Shown piece by piece: positions 35,603-46,900 of a DNA stretch of 64,000 nucleotides. The notes under the pieces were generated by a model, which was not told the DNA's origin, ran no database searches, and saw nothing but the letters and a program-made list of their open reading frames with translations. A program made the position numbers and the translations under genes. The stretch's first letter is position 1. Each line of letters begins with the position of its first letter. The stretch is from Planctomycetota bacterium (GTDB taxonomy: Bacteria > Planctomycetota > MHYJ01 > WSZJ01): the NCBI GenBank assembly GCA_009773755.1, contig WSZJ01000004.1, positions 44,475-108,474 of the forward strand, written 5' to 3'.

Positions 35603-37675
35603 ATGACGACGATGATCCCCTTCGAAACCCTCGTTCGCGACCACCACGCGCTGGTCTGGCGCGTCGCGTTCGGCGTGCTCCGCGAAGCAGCCGCCGCCGA
35701 GGACGTGGCGCAGGACGTCTTCCTGCACCTGCTCGAGCACCCCGCGGCCATTGACGGGGCGCGCAGCATCCGTTCCGTCCTCGCCCGGACGGCGATGAAC
35801 CGGGCGCTGAACGCGAAGCGCGGGGAGAAACGCCGCGAAGAAAGAGAGGTCGCCGTGTCCCAGACGACTCGCGAGGCGCCGGATCCTGCGGAAGCGGCTT
35901 TCCGCGGCGAGGTGCGCGCGAAGGTCGCGGCGCTTCCGGAAGACCAGCGCTCTGCCGTGGACCTGCACTACTTCCAGGGGCTGACGCTTCCGGAGTGCGC
36001 GGCGGCGCTCGAGATCCCCGAAGGCACGGTCTCGAGCCGGATCAGCGCCGCGCTGGCGCGGCTGCGGTCGGCGCTGGCGGGCGCGGCCACGGCGGCGTTG
36101 CTGGCCGCTCTCGAATCGGAGCTGTCGACCTGCGGGGCCGAGGAACCGCCGGCGGGGCTGGAAGAGCGGCTGCGCCGGCTCGAGCGAGGCGGTCGCGCTC
36201 CGCGCCCGGCGCCGGGGGGGACAGCGGGAACGATGAGAGGAGAAGTTGTCGAAGCAGCGAAGGTCGCAAGAAACAGTCGGAGACCGGCGGCCGTTGCCGT
36301 CGCCTCCGCTCTACTCGTGCTGCTCTCGCTCTGGCTCGGATGGAGGTGGGGCGCCGGAAATGAAGGCGGTGAGCACGACAATCCGGCGACGGACGCGGCG
36401 GTCGCTTCCAGAGTTGGCGATCGTGACACCAGGCCCGTCAGCGGGGAGCGAACAACGACCGATCCCGTGAGGGCTCATGCTGTCGGCCCGGTGCGCATCG
36501 CGGACGGATTCCTGATGCGCGACCATGGAGGCCTGACGCTCGCCGAGCCCGACGCCGGCGCCCTGGGCGGCGCGCTTCGCGTCCAGTCCGGCGCCATGCC
36601 GGATTTCCCGGAGCTCGGCCGCGCCGGCGGATGGCGCTTCGTGGACGATCCCCGGCTCGCGGCATTCACACCGGCGGATTCGCTCGAGCTGAAGGCCTTC
36701 CTCCGCGGCGATCCCGAAGCGGCGCTTCCGCCGACCCGGCTTCGTGTCCGCGCCCGTCTCCGGGAAGGAGAAGGCGTGCGGGAAGCGGAGCTGCTGGAGA
36801 TCCTCGAGGCGGAATCGCTTCCGCCTTCCTGGTGGGCCGCCTGGCGCGACCTCCTGCGCATTCGCGGCGAGTTCGACGCGGCCTGGGACACGATTCCCCC
36901 GGGAGCCACGCGGCGCTCGAAGCTGGTGTCTCTGGCGGAGTCGGCAGCGGAAGCTCTTGGTCTGGCGCGGTCTGCGCGGGCGTCCGAGGGCTCGCCGAGG
37001 CGGGCGGCGATGATGGAAAACGATCTTGCGGGCTCGATTTCCGGCCGTCTTCGCCGGGTGGGGCTTGGCGGCCTGATGCGGGCCGAGCCGGATGCGTGGG
37101 ATCTGCATGACGCGCTGATGGAGGCGGAGTCCGCGGAGGCGCTGAAGGCGCGACTTGTCGAGTCCTGGGGGGAAGAAGCGTTGTGGCTGGAAGCGTGGGT
37201 GGTGCGGACGTGGGGGGCTGATGGGGAGGGGATGCAGGGAGCGATTGAAGTGGGCCGGGCGTGCTCGCTCAAAGAGACCGAGTATCGTGCGTTGCGTGCC
37301 GACCTGCAGAAGCACTCGACAAATCGCCGCCGCGCGCCTTCCCCGGATCCTGTCGAGATCGCCGCGCGCCGCGACCTGTACCTGAAGCTCGGCCTGACGG
37401 TCGCCGCGGCCGGCCCGATGGAGCGGGAACGACTTCTGCTCGAGAGTGGCGTGCTGGTGGTTGAGGTTGCGCCGGAAGGCGCGGCGTCGAAAGCCGGATT
37501 GCGCGCCAGCGACGTGATCTGGCGCAGCCGCGGCAGCGAAGGCGCGCCGGAAGTCCTCATGGACGAGCTGGAGGCCGCGGAACTTGCGGAGAGGTGGGCG
37601 GAAGGACGGGCCGAGGGAACGCGGCTCGAGATCGTCCGTGAAGACCGCATTGAAATCATCTCGCTCGGCCGCTGA
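35603..37675 (+). CDS. ECF-type sigma-70 factor fused to a TM segment, long extracytoplasmic region and C-terminal PDZ domain
   Basis: Region 2 is ..AEDVAQDVFLHLLEH... Region 4 is LPEDQRSAVDLHYFQGLTLPECAAALEIPEGTVSSRISAALARLR. TM segment AAVAVASALLVLLSLWLGW. The C-terminus GVLVVEVAPEGAASKAGLRASDVIW..LEIVREDRIEIISLG is PDZ-like. Confidence 0.8.
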   Translation: MTTMIPFETLVRDHHALVWRVAFGVLREAAAAEDVAQDVFLHLLEHPAAIDGARSIRSVLARTAMNRALNAKRGEKRREEREVAVSQTTREAPDPAEAAFRGEVRAKVAALPEDQRSAVDLHYFQGLTLPECAAALEIPEGTVSSRISAALARLRSALAGAATAALLAALESELSTCGAEEPPAGLEERLRRLERGGRAPRPAPGGTAGTMRGEVVEAAKVARNSRRPAAVAVASALLVLLSLWLGWRWGAGNEGGEHDNPATDAAVASRVGDRDTRPVSGERTTTDPVRAHAVGPVRIADGFLMRDHGGLTLAEPDAGALGGALRVQSGAMPDFPELGRAGGWRFVDDPRLAAFTPADSLELKAFLRGDPEAALPPTRLRVRARLREGEGVREAELLEILEAESLPPSWWAAWRDLLRIRGEFDAAWDTIPPGATRRSKLVSLAESAAEALGLARSARASEGSPRRAAMMENDLAGSISGRLRRVGLGGLMRAEPDAWDLHDALMEAESAEALKARLVESWGEEALWLEAWVVRTWGADGEGMQGAIEVGRACSLKETEYRALRADLQKHSTNRRRAPSPDPVEIAARRDLYLKLGLTVAAAGPMERERLLLESGVLVVEVAPEGAASKAGLRASDVIWRSRGSEGAPEVLMDELEAAELAERWAEGRAEGTRLEIVREDRIEIISLGR

Positions 37676-37706
37676 AGCCCGGCGAACTTTTCAAAGGAGA
37701 TCGGAC

Positions 37707-38261
37707 ATGCGCAGGAGACTACCCATCGTGGCGGCGGTGCTCGGAATCGTGATGACGCTTCGCGGAGATTCCGAAGAACCGGGGGGCGAGATCAAGCCGG
37801 GAGCCGAGCACGCAAAGCTCAAGACTCTCGAGGGATCGTGGGAGGCCACTTCAAGATTCTCCAGCATGCCCGGCGCCGAGGGGATGAAGAGCAAGGGGAC
37901 GGCGGAGAACAAGATGCTGGTGTCGGGCCGCTACCTGCAGTCGACGGGCGTCTTCGAGGTCGGCGGCAAGAAGTCCGAAATGATGGGGACACTCGGTTAC
38001 AACCTCTACCTCAAGAAGTACTTCTTCATTTTCTTCATCAGCGATACCGGCGGGTTCGTCGTGACGGAGGGAACGGCCGACAAGGAAGGAAAGGTTCTTA
38101 CGCTCGAGGGCGGCGAAGAACTGCCTGACGGGCAGCAGATGAAAGTGAAGGTGGTCTTCCGCCTGACGAGCGACGACGAGTACACAATGGAATTCTGGTT
38201 CCCCGGCGAAAACGGGAAGCAGTTTCTCGCCGGAGACTACCGGTACACGAGGAAGAAGTAA
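37707..38261 (+). CDS. Secreted DUF1579-like protein
   Basis: ORF trimmed to the ATG at 37707, with AAGGAGA upstream. Signal peptide MRRRLPIVAAVLGIVMTL. ..EHAKLKTLEGSWEA..GYNLYLKKY..EYTMEFW.. matches the pattern of the DUF1579 family. Confidence 0.6.
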   Translation: MRRRLPIVAAVLGIVMTLRGDSEEPGGEIKPGAEHAKLKTLEGSWEATSRFSSMPGAEGMKSKGTAENKMLVSGRYLQSTGVFEVGGKKSEMMGTLGYNLYLKKYFFIFFISDTGGFVVTEGTADKEGKVLTLEGGEELPDGQQMKVKVVFRLTSDDEYTMEFWFPGENGKQFLAGDYRYTRKK

Positions 38262-38304
38262 GCGCGGCGGCCCGCCTGCGATGACCTGGTCGCGGGCGGG
38301 CCGG

Positions 38305-38478
38305 TCAGGTCTTGAGGCGGAGATAGCCTGCGAGCGCTCCGCCGGCCTCGGCGACCCAGGTCTCCCCCGCCGCGACCTTCCGCGCGACGTACTCCGGCGA
38401 AACTCCGGGATCGCAGGTACGGCAGAACGCGCTGTCATCGGCGCGCGCCGCTCGACAAATCACACCGGTTTCCGGCAT
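38305..38478 (-). pseudogene. Possible remnant of a GNAT acetyltransferase N-terminus (57 codons)
   Basis: MPETGVICRAARADDSAFCRTCDPGVSPEYVARKVAAGETWVAEAGGALAGYLRLKT looks like the first beta-alpha-beta of a GNAT and then stops. Weak call. Confidence 0.25.
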
Positions 38479-38484
38479 CCGTTC

Positions 38485-38517
38485 CTCGCAACTCGCAACT
38501 CGCAACCCGCAAATCGC
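38485..38517. repeat. CTCGCAA heptamer tandem repeat immediately downstream of eno
   Basis: CTCGCAACTCGCAACTCGCAACCCGCAAATCGC, adjacent to the eno stop (38519-38521). No complementary arm is seen. Confidence 0.6.
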
Positions 38518-38518
38518 T

Positions 38519-39895
<1,377 letters not shown>

Positions 39896-40261
39896 TCAGA
39901 TCGGCGGGTGGAAGTGGGCGGCGAGAACCATGTAAGTGAGGATGAATGCGAGGGGAAGGGCATTCACGACGAGCGCGATCCACCACTGGCGCCGTCGCGA
40001 CGGTGTGTCGGCAGTTTCGCCGCGAAGCACGGCGACCCCTGCAAGGAGGATTCCGACGATGAACGCATAACCGCAAGTGCTGTAGGCCGGGAAGAGGAAG
40101 AGAAACACGGGGCTGCCGAAGCAGCGGGCGTTCTCTTCCCACGGCGGAACGGAAATGGGAAGCCAGTAGGGCGCGCCCACTGAGATGACGGTGCCTCCGA
40201 GCCCGGCCAGGAGAGACAGGACGGTCCACTTGCCGTCGATGGGGGGACGTGAGGTGGCCAT
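39896..40261 (-). CDS. Small 4-TM membrane protein, hypothetical
   Basis: Hydrophobic segments WTVLSLLAGLGGTVISVGAPYWL, PVFLFLFPAYSTCGYAFIVGILLAGVAVL and WWIALVVNALPLAFILTYMVLAA. Start is ATG 40261, or alternatively GTG 40282. Confidence 0.55.
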   Translation of the reverse strand: MATSRPPIDGKWTVLSLLAGLGGTVISVGAPYWLPISVPPWEENARCFGSPVFLFLFPAYSTCGYAFIVGILLAGVAVLRGETADTPSRRRQWWIALVVNALPLAFILTYMVLAAHFHPPI

Positions 40262-40358
40262 GAGCCCCACGTTAGAAAGCACGCGCGGAAATGCGACACC
40301 GGAAACCCTGTTTTCTGGCGATGCAACCTGGTCGGACGTTTCGAACCGTTCAAATCAG

Positions 40359-40487
40359 GTCGTTTTGCAGCGCTTTTCCTGCATTTTCAGCGCGTTTCAG
40401 CGTCAGGCAGTTTTCTTTTCTGAAAAACGACAACCGCCTGACGCGGAAACGCGCTGAAAGGCGGGAAAGGCGCTGAAAGGCAACGAC
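40359..40487. repeat. Long imperfect hairpin (~50-bp arms) built of TTTCAGCGC-type tandem units; terminator position after pyk-M20 operon
   Basis: The left arm GTCGTTTTGCAGCGCTTTTCCTGCATTTTCAGCGCGTTTCAGCGTCAGG is close to the reverse complement of the right arm CCTGACGCGGAAACGCGCTGAAAGGCGGGAAAGGCGCTGAAAGGCAACGAC. The loop is ~28 nt. Lies 24 nt downstream of the M20 stop on the minus strand. Confidence 0.85.
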
Positions 40488-40510
40488 ATCCTCAGTTCGG
40501 ATGTGAGTCG

Positions 40511-41803
40511 TTACAGCAAAGCGAACCTCTCGACAAACCGAGCCATGTGTTTCTCCGCCGGCTCCAGATCCGCGAGCACCACGTTTTCGTTCGGTGAATG
40601 GATGTTCGCCCCGGGATGCCCGGCCCCGAACGAAACGCACGGCATCAGTGCGCGATAGACATACATCGGCCCGCTCGCCGGCATCAGAGGCAAGAGCCAC
40701 GGCTCCTTGCCGTACGCGTCCCGTGCCGAATCCACCGCGGCCTTCACGACCGGCGCGTCCACCGGTGTCCGCGCCGGCGGATACCCGTGCACGTCGACCA
40801 GTTCCACCCGGTACGGCGCGAGGAATTTCCTGAGCGCCGCTTCGACCTCTTTCGGGTCCTGGTCCGGCACCATCCTCACGTCGAACTTCACGCGCGCTTC
40901 CTTCGGCAGCACCGTCTTCGATCCCGGCCCCTGGTACCCGCCGGTCAGCCCGTTGATGTTGATCGTCGGCTTGAAGACGAGCGCTTCTTTCAGGTCCTCG
41001 CCGCTCAGCCCGCCAAGGAACCCGTCGATGCCGTACAGCTTCTTGCGCGATTCTTCGTCGTACGGCATGGCGGCGAGCGCTTGGCGGTCCGCCTTGTCCG
41101 CACGGCGGACTTTGTCGTAGAAGCCGGGAAGCGTCACGACGCCGTCCGGCGCGCGCAGGCCGGCGAGCGCGTGCACGAGCCGCCACGCGGGGCTCGGCAC
41201 GGCGACGCCGACGGAAGAGTGCAGGTCGCGTGAAGGGCCTCTCGCGACCGCCTCGGCGTGAAGGATGCCTTTCACGCCGCAGATGATGTCGGGCCTTCCC
41301 TGCTCGTCCTTGCCTCCGGTTTCCCAGAGGCATGCGTCGGCGGCGAGCATCTCCCGATTCGAGGCGACGAAGCCGGCGAGCGACGGCGAGCCGATTTCCT
41401 CTTCTCCCTCGACGGTGAACTTGAGATTCACCGGGAGCCGCCCGCCCAACGCCTTCAGCGCCCCCAGCCGCACCGCCAGGTTCGCCTTGTTGTCCGCTAC
41501 TCCGCGCGCGAAGAGCCGTCCGTCGCGCTCGGTGGGGACCCAGGGCTGCGAAATCCACTCCTCGAACGGCTCGGGGGGTTGGACGTCGTAGTGGTTGTAG
41601 ACGAGGAGGGTCTTTTTCGCGCCCGGCGCTTTTTTTTCGGCGAAGACGACCGGATTCCCGGCGGTCTCGATCACGCGCACGTCGCAGTCCAGCTCGCGAA
41701 ACGTCTCGAGGAGCAACGTCACCGCTTCGCGCATCCCGGTTCGTTGCGCGCTGACGCTGGGAATCCGCAGATATCGTTCGAGGAACGCCCGCGCCCAGCT
41801 CAT
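40511..41803 (-). CDS. M20 family metallopeptidase (dipeptidase/deacylase)
   Basis: Trimmed to the Met at 41803 (MSWARAFLERYLRIPSVS), which shares ATGA with the pyk stop. ..LLVYNHYDVQP.., ..GRLFARGVADNKA.. and ..TVEGEEEIGSP.. are M20 metal-ligand and catalytic motifs. Confidence 0.88.
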   Translation of the reverse strand: MSWARAFLERYLRIPSVSAQRTGMREAVTLLLETFRELDCDVRVIETAGNPVVFAEKKAPGAKKTLLVYNHYDVQPPEPFEEWISQPWVPTERDGRLFARGVADNKANLAVRLGALKALGGRLPVNLKFTVEGEEEIGSPSLAGFVASNREMLAADACLWETGGKDEQGRPDIICGVKGILHAEAVARGPSRDLHSSVGVAVPSPAWRLVHALAGLRAPDGVVTLPGFYDKVRRADKADRQALAAMPYDEESRKKLYGIDGFLGGLSGEDLKEALVFKPTININGLTGGYQGPGSKTVLPKEARVKFDVRMVPDQDPKEVEAALRKFLAPYRVELVDVHGYPPARTPVDAPVVKAAVDSARDAYGKEPWLLPLMPASGPMYVYRALMPCVSFGAGHPGANIHSPNENVVLADLEPAEKHMARFVERFALL

Positions 41804-43260
41804 TTCGCGCTGCCCTTCCGCTTCACCATCGTCTCGCGCTCGACGTCGCCGAGGCGGGCAATTTTCACGGAGTTCGTGGCGCCGGGAGCCGTGTTGGTGC
41901 CGAGGACGAAGATGACGGTCTCGCCGGTCTTCGCGAGCCGGTCCTCGAGGAGGCGGCGCTCGCCCAGGGCGAGGACGGCCTCGGTGGATTCCATTTCGCC
42001 GACGATCCGCGGGCGGACGCCCCAGTAGAGCCCTAGGCGGTTGTACGTGTCTTCGCCGGTCGTGAAGGCGACGATCGGCGCCTTCGGGCGCTCGTCCGAG
42101 AGCAGCCGCGCGCTGCGGCCGCTGCGCGTGAAGACCACGATCGCGGCCGGGTCGCACTCGCGCGCGGCGTGGCCGGCGAGGCGGACGACCGAGGGCGTGA
42201 AGTCGCCCTTTTCGGCCGCTCCCGCGGGATGAACCGTCTTCGAATAATCGAACAGGTTGTTCTCAGTGGCATCCGCAATCGCGCCCATCCGCTTCACCGT
42301 CTCGACCGGATACTTCCCCACCGCCGTCTCGCCGCTCAGCATGATGGCGTCGGTCCCGTCGAGAATCGCATTGGCGACGTCGGTGACCTCGGCGCGGGTC
42401 GGAAGCGGATTCTCGGTCATGCTTTCGAGCATCTGCGTCGCGGTGATCACGAGCTTTCCCGCGCGATTTGCGCGCTCGATGATCCGCTTCTGGAAAACCG
42501 GGATCATCTCGAGGCTGACCTCGACGCCGAGGTCGCCGCGCGCGACCATGACGCCGTCGGCGACCGCGATGATCTCGTCGAGTGCGTCCACCGCCTGCGG
42601 CTTCTCGATCTTCGCGACGATCGGCGCCCACTTTCCTTCCTTCTTCATGAGCGCGCGCAATTCCTCGATGTCACGGGCGCTGCGGACGAAGGACAGCGCG
42701 ATGAAGTCGACTCCGAGAGCGAGGCCGAAGCGCGCGTCTTCGCGGTCCTTGGCGGTGAGAGCGCCGGCGGAGAGCGCGGCGCCGGGGACATTGATCCCCT
42801 TGTGGGACTTGAGAAGACCACCCTCGACGACGTCGCAGACGACGTCCTGCGACTTCACCTCGAGAACGCGCAGTTCGAGATTCCCGTCGTCGAGCAGAAT
42901 CCGGTCGCCCTTCTTCACGTCCTTAGGCAAGTCCTCGTACTCCGTCGAGACCAGTCCGTTGGCACCGTCGCACCGCCTCGTCGTGATCGTCAGGCGCGAG
43001 CCCGTCGGCACGTCCATTCCCGGGGCCGCGATGTCCCCGACCCGGATCTTCGGCCCCTGCAGATCCTGCAACACCGCCACCGCCCGCCCCGCCTTCTTCG
43101 CCGCTTCACGTACCAGCCGGTATGCCTCCGCGTGCGAGTCGTGAGTGCCATGGGAAAAATTCAGGCGCACGGCGTCGAGCCCGGCATCGAGAAGCGCTTC
43201 GATGACGAGGGGTTTTGCCGAAGCGGGGCCGATTGTGGCGAGAATTTTCGTGCGGCGCAT
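41800..43260 (-). CDS. pyk: Pyruvate kinase
   Basis: MRRTKILATIGPAS..VRLNFSHG..LQDLQGPKIRVG..MVARGDLGVE..ATQMLESM are canonical PK motifs. 486 aa. Confidence 0.96.
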   Translation of the reverse strand: MRRTKILATIGPASAKPLVIEALLDAGLDAVRLNFSHGTHDSHAEAYRLVREAAKKAGRAVAVLQDLQGPKIRVGDIAAPGMDVPTGSRLTITTRRCDGANGLVSTEYEDLPKDVKKGDRILLDDGNLELRVLEVKSQDVVCDVVEGGLLKSHKGINVPGAALSAGALTAKDREDARFGLALGVDFIALSFVRSARDIEELRALMKKEGKWAPIVAKIEKPQAVDALDEIIAVADGVMVARGDLGVEVSLEMIPVFQKRIIERANRAGKLVITATQMLESMTENPLPTRAEVTDVANAILDGTDAIMLSGETAVGKYPVETVKRMGAIADATENNLFDYSKTVHPAGAAEKGDFTPSVVRLAGHAARECDPAAIVVFTRSGRSARLLSDERPKAPIVAFTTGEDTYNRLGLYWGVRPRIVGEMESTEAVLALGERRLLEDRLAKTGETVIFVLGTNTAPGATNSVKIARLGDVERETMVKRKGSAK

Positions 43261-43347
43261 CGCGACGTTGTAACGCGGCGCGCGACGGAGTGGAAGCGAT
43301 GGACGCCGGCGCGAGGGGAACCAGTCCGCGCGCCGGCGCCTCGCGAC

Positions 43348-43818
43348 CTACTTGACCTCGGATTCGACGGTTTCGGTGAAGTCGACGATTTTCCATCCCG
43401 ACGCGGTCCGCTTCAGCGTCACGGCGTGGCGGTACTTGATGTGCGGGACATTCTTCGGCGCGGAGAGGCCGGAAATGGAAGTGGCGATCGTCATGTGGGT
43501 ATCGAGGAAGACGGTGTCGTCGGCGGGGCTGGACTGGGACAGCTTGTTGTAAGAGATGGCCATGACGGAAGCCATGCTGGCGTCGTGCATGCCGGCTTTG
43601 GCGAGCTGGAAGAAGCGCTGTTCGCGGGCGTCGACGGCCGCTTTCATGGCGGGGCCGTCCGAAAGGGTGCGGCACTCCGCGATGCGGTCGTGGTGGTAGG
43701 CGTCGGCGAAGCGCTGGTACATGGAATAGGCTTCGCTGTACTTGAGGTTGGAGCTGCGAAAGGAGTAACCGGCGACGGCTGCGGGGATGAGGACGACGGC
43801 GGCGATGATGAATTTCAT
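43348..43818 (-). CDS. Secreted/anchored hypothetical protein (possibly NTF2-like fold)
   Basis: N-terminal hydrophobic signal MKFIIAAVVLIPAAVAGY. Composition is unlike shadow ORFs. A GGAGCAC-type purine stretch lies upstream. No family recognised. Confidence 0.6.
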   Translation of the reverse strand: MKFIIAAVVLIPAAVAGYSFRSSNLKYSEAYSMYQRFADAYHHDRIAECRTLSDGPAMKAAVDAREQRFFQLAKAGMHDASMASVMAISYNKLSQSSPADDTVFLDTHMTIATSISGLSAPKNVPHIKYRHAVTLKRTASGWKIVDFTETVESEVK

Positions 43819-43860
43819 GAGTGTGCTCCTGAAGGGGTGTTCAAAGAAGTCGATTCAATT

Positions 43861-43875
43861 GTATTACAGTAATAC
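43861..43875. promoter_or_regulatory. Perfect 7-1-7 palindrome GTATTAC-A-GTAATAC (candidate operator) in an AT-rich promoter island
   Basis: GTATTACAGTAATAC lies 43-57 nt upstream of the start at 43818. A third half-site ATTGTAATAC is at 43902-43911. The local AT-richness is unusual for this window. Confidence 0.45.
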
Positions 43876-43951
43876 GCAAAGTCAAGCGCGGTTCGAGATT
43901 TATTGTAATACTTTGTCTGTGACGCAATACATTTGCCTTTAAGCCTTTGCG

Positions 43952-46900
43952 TCAAATTGCTCCGTCGTCATACCAGCGGTCGCTGAGAAGCGGTCCCGGA
44001 TTCCCGTTGTGCGTCACGCCGACGCCGCAGTGCGCCGCGTACTCCGTAACGAATTCCTCGAACGCCCGGTCGAGCGCAAGGCCATGTCGATTGGTGTAGG
44101 TGCGGAACGTGAGAAGGCCGCCAGGCGTGAGCACAATCAGCCGGCGGCCGACAACATTTCCGCCTGGCTCCTTCGCCCAGATGATCACCTTGTCGATATC
44201 CACCGCGTTCGATACGGCGCTCCAGGCGTTGGACCCGCGGAGCGCGAGGCACGAAGCAAATCCATACTCGCCCATGAACAGAATCTCGAACGGATCCGTC
44301 TCGACACTGAGCGTGATGCGCCCCTCGAAATCCGAATCCGGCGTCTGCTCCGCCAGCCGCACGCGCTCAAGATTCATCTCCGCTTCCTGCAACAGCGCCG
44401 GGTCGGGCTTTTCCTTCTCCTCCTCCTTCTCCTCCTCCTTGCCTTTCTTCCCAGGCGCCTGCAACTCCGCCAACTTCCCCGCCAGCTCGTCGTAAGTCTC
44501 CGCCGCAATTCCCTTCGCCCCCGCCCTCTCCAGAATCTGCCGCGCCTGCGACAGATCCGCCTTGATCCGCCGCTTCTTCTCGGCCAGCGCATCCTTCGGC
44601 CGGTACTGGTACTCCTTCGTGAACGCCGCACGCCACCGGTCCACCATCGCCCCCGGCTGCCCCTTCTTCACCTTCTCAGCCCACTCCAACACCGCCGGCT
44701 CCGTCCGCAGCCATTCGTGCCCCCGCCCGGCAATCCGGTCCTCGATCAGCCGCTTCAGACATTTCGTGTTCTTCGGCATCCCTCCGATCGCCTGGAACCA
44801 CAGGAACGACGGCAGGATCCTCGGCTCCACGGTGGCAATGTCGACGTCATGCCCCAGCACCTCGCGCAGCCGGTTCTGGTAGAGCTCCAGGCGCGATTTC
44901 TCGACGGAAGCGACCGCGATGCGGATCGCCTCGGCGCGCAGGGCGTCGCGCAGGTGCTTGACGAGGTCTTTTTTTTCGCGGCGGAGCAGGGCCTGCGCAG
45001 GCCCGGACAGGCGTTTTTCGGCTTCGGGATCGGACAGCGCGACCGCGTAGGCCGGATTGATCCAGATCGCGACCTGCTTGTTCAGCGTCTTCTGCCGTTC
45101 AAGGAGCTTCTCGCGACGGCCTTTCTCCGCCTTCTCCAGCATGTCGTCGATCGCGCGCAACTCGATTTCCGCATCCTGCAGGCGGCTCGCAAAACCGTCG
45201 AGAGGAGCAATGCGCGGCTGCACGCGAAAATGGCTCCCGAGTTCGATCACGATCGAGAAGAGGCGCGAGATCTCCGGGTCGGCGTCGAGGAATCCCGCGA
45301 CCGCGGGAAACGGATGGGTCGGCGGATAGCCGGTATCGAGCCTGCGCAGAAACTGGTCGTGCTCCGCGCCGGTGCGACAGAGATAGCTGAGCTGGAATGC
45401 GCCTTCGAGGAAGCGCTCCGCCGCGGCCGTGGAAATCGCGTCGTCGCCGCTGTTGTCGATGATGAACATCACGAAATCCCAGACGGGCGAGAACTTCTCG
45501 GACTCTTCCTTGCCACCCGGAGAGGCTGGCGGAATCTTGCGCCAGAGCACGATGCCCCCTGCATACCGAAGAGCTTCGAGCAGCACGTGCCGTCGCGCGC
45601 GCAGCTTCTGCCGGAACATGATCGCCATCAGCGCCCGCGCGCGCCGCTTCCCGACCCGCGGCGGTTCGCGAAGCGCGTTCTCAAGCCCGGTCCTGATATG
45701 CGCGGCCTCCGAAATTGCCATGACGGAAGCGATCTCCTCGGCGCGAGCGTGGCCATGCCGCGCCGGAGTCGCGGCGATGACCTCGAACAACGCGAGGGTC
45801 CCTTCCGGCGTGAACTCGGGTCGCATCTTGAGCAGTTCGCGGAAGAAGTGAAAGTCAGCGGTGGTGTCGTGCGAAATGTTCTGGATCGCCGCGTCCACCT
45901 CCGTTCTGCCGATCAGCTCCGGCCTGTCGAGCAGGCAACGGTGAAGCAACTCGAAGGCGCCGCGCGCGTTCGCTGCGAATCCTTCGCAGACCGCCCTGAC
46001 CAGATCCGGCCGGATCAGCCGGATTTCGTCGCGCTGGAACGCATAACGCACTGCGTCAATTCCCTTCTCAGGGTGCCTCCGGAGCAACGCAACGTAGCGG
46101 TCCATGATCCGCGGGAGCCGGACGACATGCGCGTCCATGATGCGGCGCAGGATCGAGAAGAGCGTCCCGGCCTCCTCCTTCGCCGCGGCGTCGAGCCTGT
46201 CGAGGAGCGCGTCGTCGAAGGCGTCCGGCCGCGCGCGCGCGGCGCCGTCGAAAAACTCCCACCCTTTTTCTGCATTTGCGGACATGTGCCGAAGAACCGC
46301 GTCAATCAGCCGGGGAACCAGAAGCGGCGCTGTGTCCCGGGCGGCCCGCGACGCGCCTTCGACGGCGGCCGCGGGATGTTCGTCGAAATGCCGGAGAACC
46401 CGCTCCAGCAGATGCGACGCTTCCGCCGGCCGGTGCCCCGCGAGACTGAGCATCGTCACGAAATAGTCGACCGGCGCCGCGGCGCGCTTCGCTTCGAACC
46501 AATCCACATGCACCGGCAGGAGAAACTCCGGCTCGTACATCGCCGCCGCTTCGACGATTCCCCACGCGCCCTCGGGATCGGCGTCGAACCATGCGCGAGC
46601 CACAGAGAGCCATTGGTCGTCGATGACGGGATGGCACTCGTGCAGGTGGTAGCCGGCAGCCCCGAGCCCCTGCCCGGCGTTCCGGGCAATGACCTCCCGC
46701 GCTGCCTCGCTCAGCGCAGCCCGACGCCCGAAATCCTGGCGGGCGACCTGCAGGAGCGAAGCGACGACGGAGCCGGGCGACCGGACCGCGTTCGCGACCA
46801 GCCAGCTCACCACCTCCCCGTCGAACTGCCCCGGCGACGAGCGCGCCGTGTCGCACAACTGGTTCCAGGCCTGCTGCCCGGCCTTCTCGAGGTACTCGTC

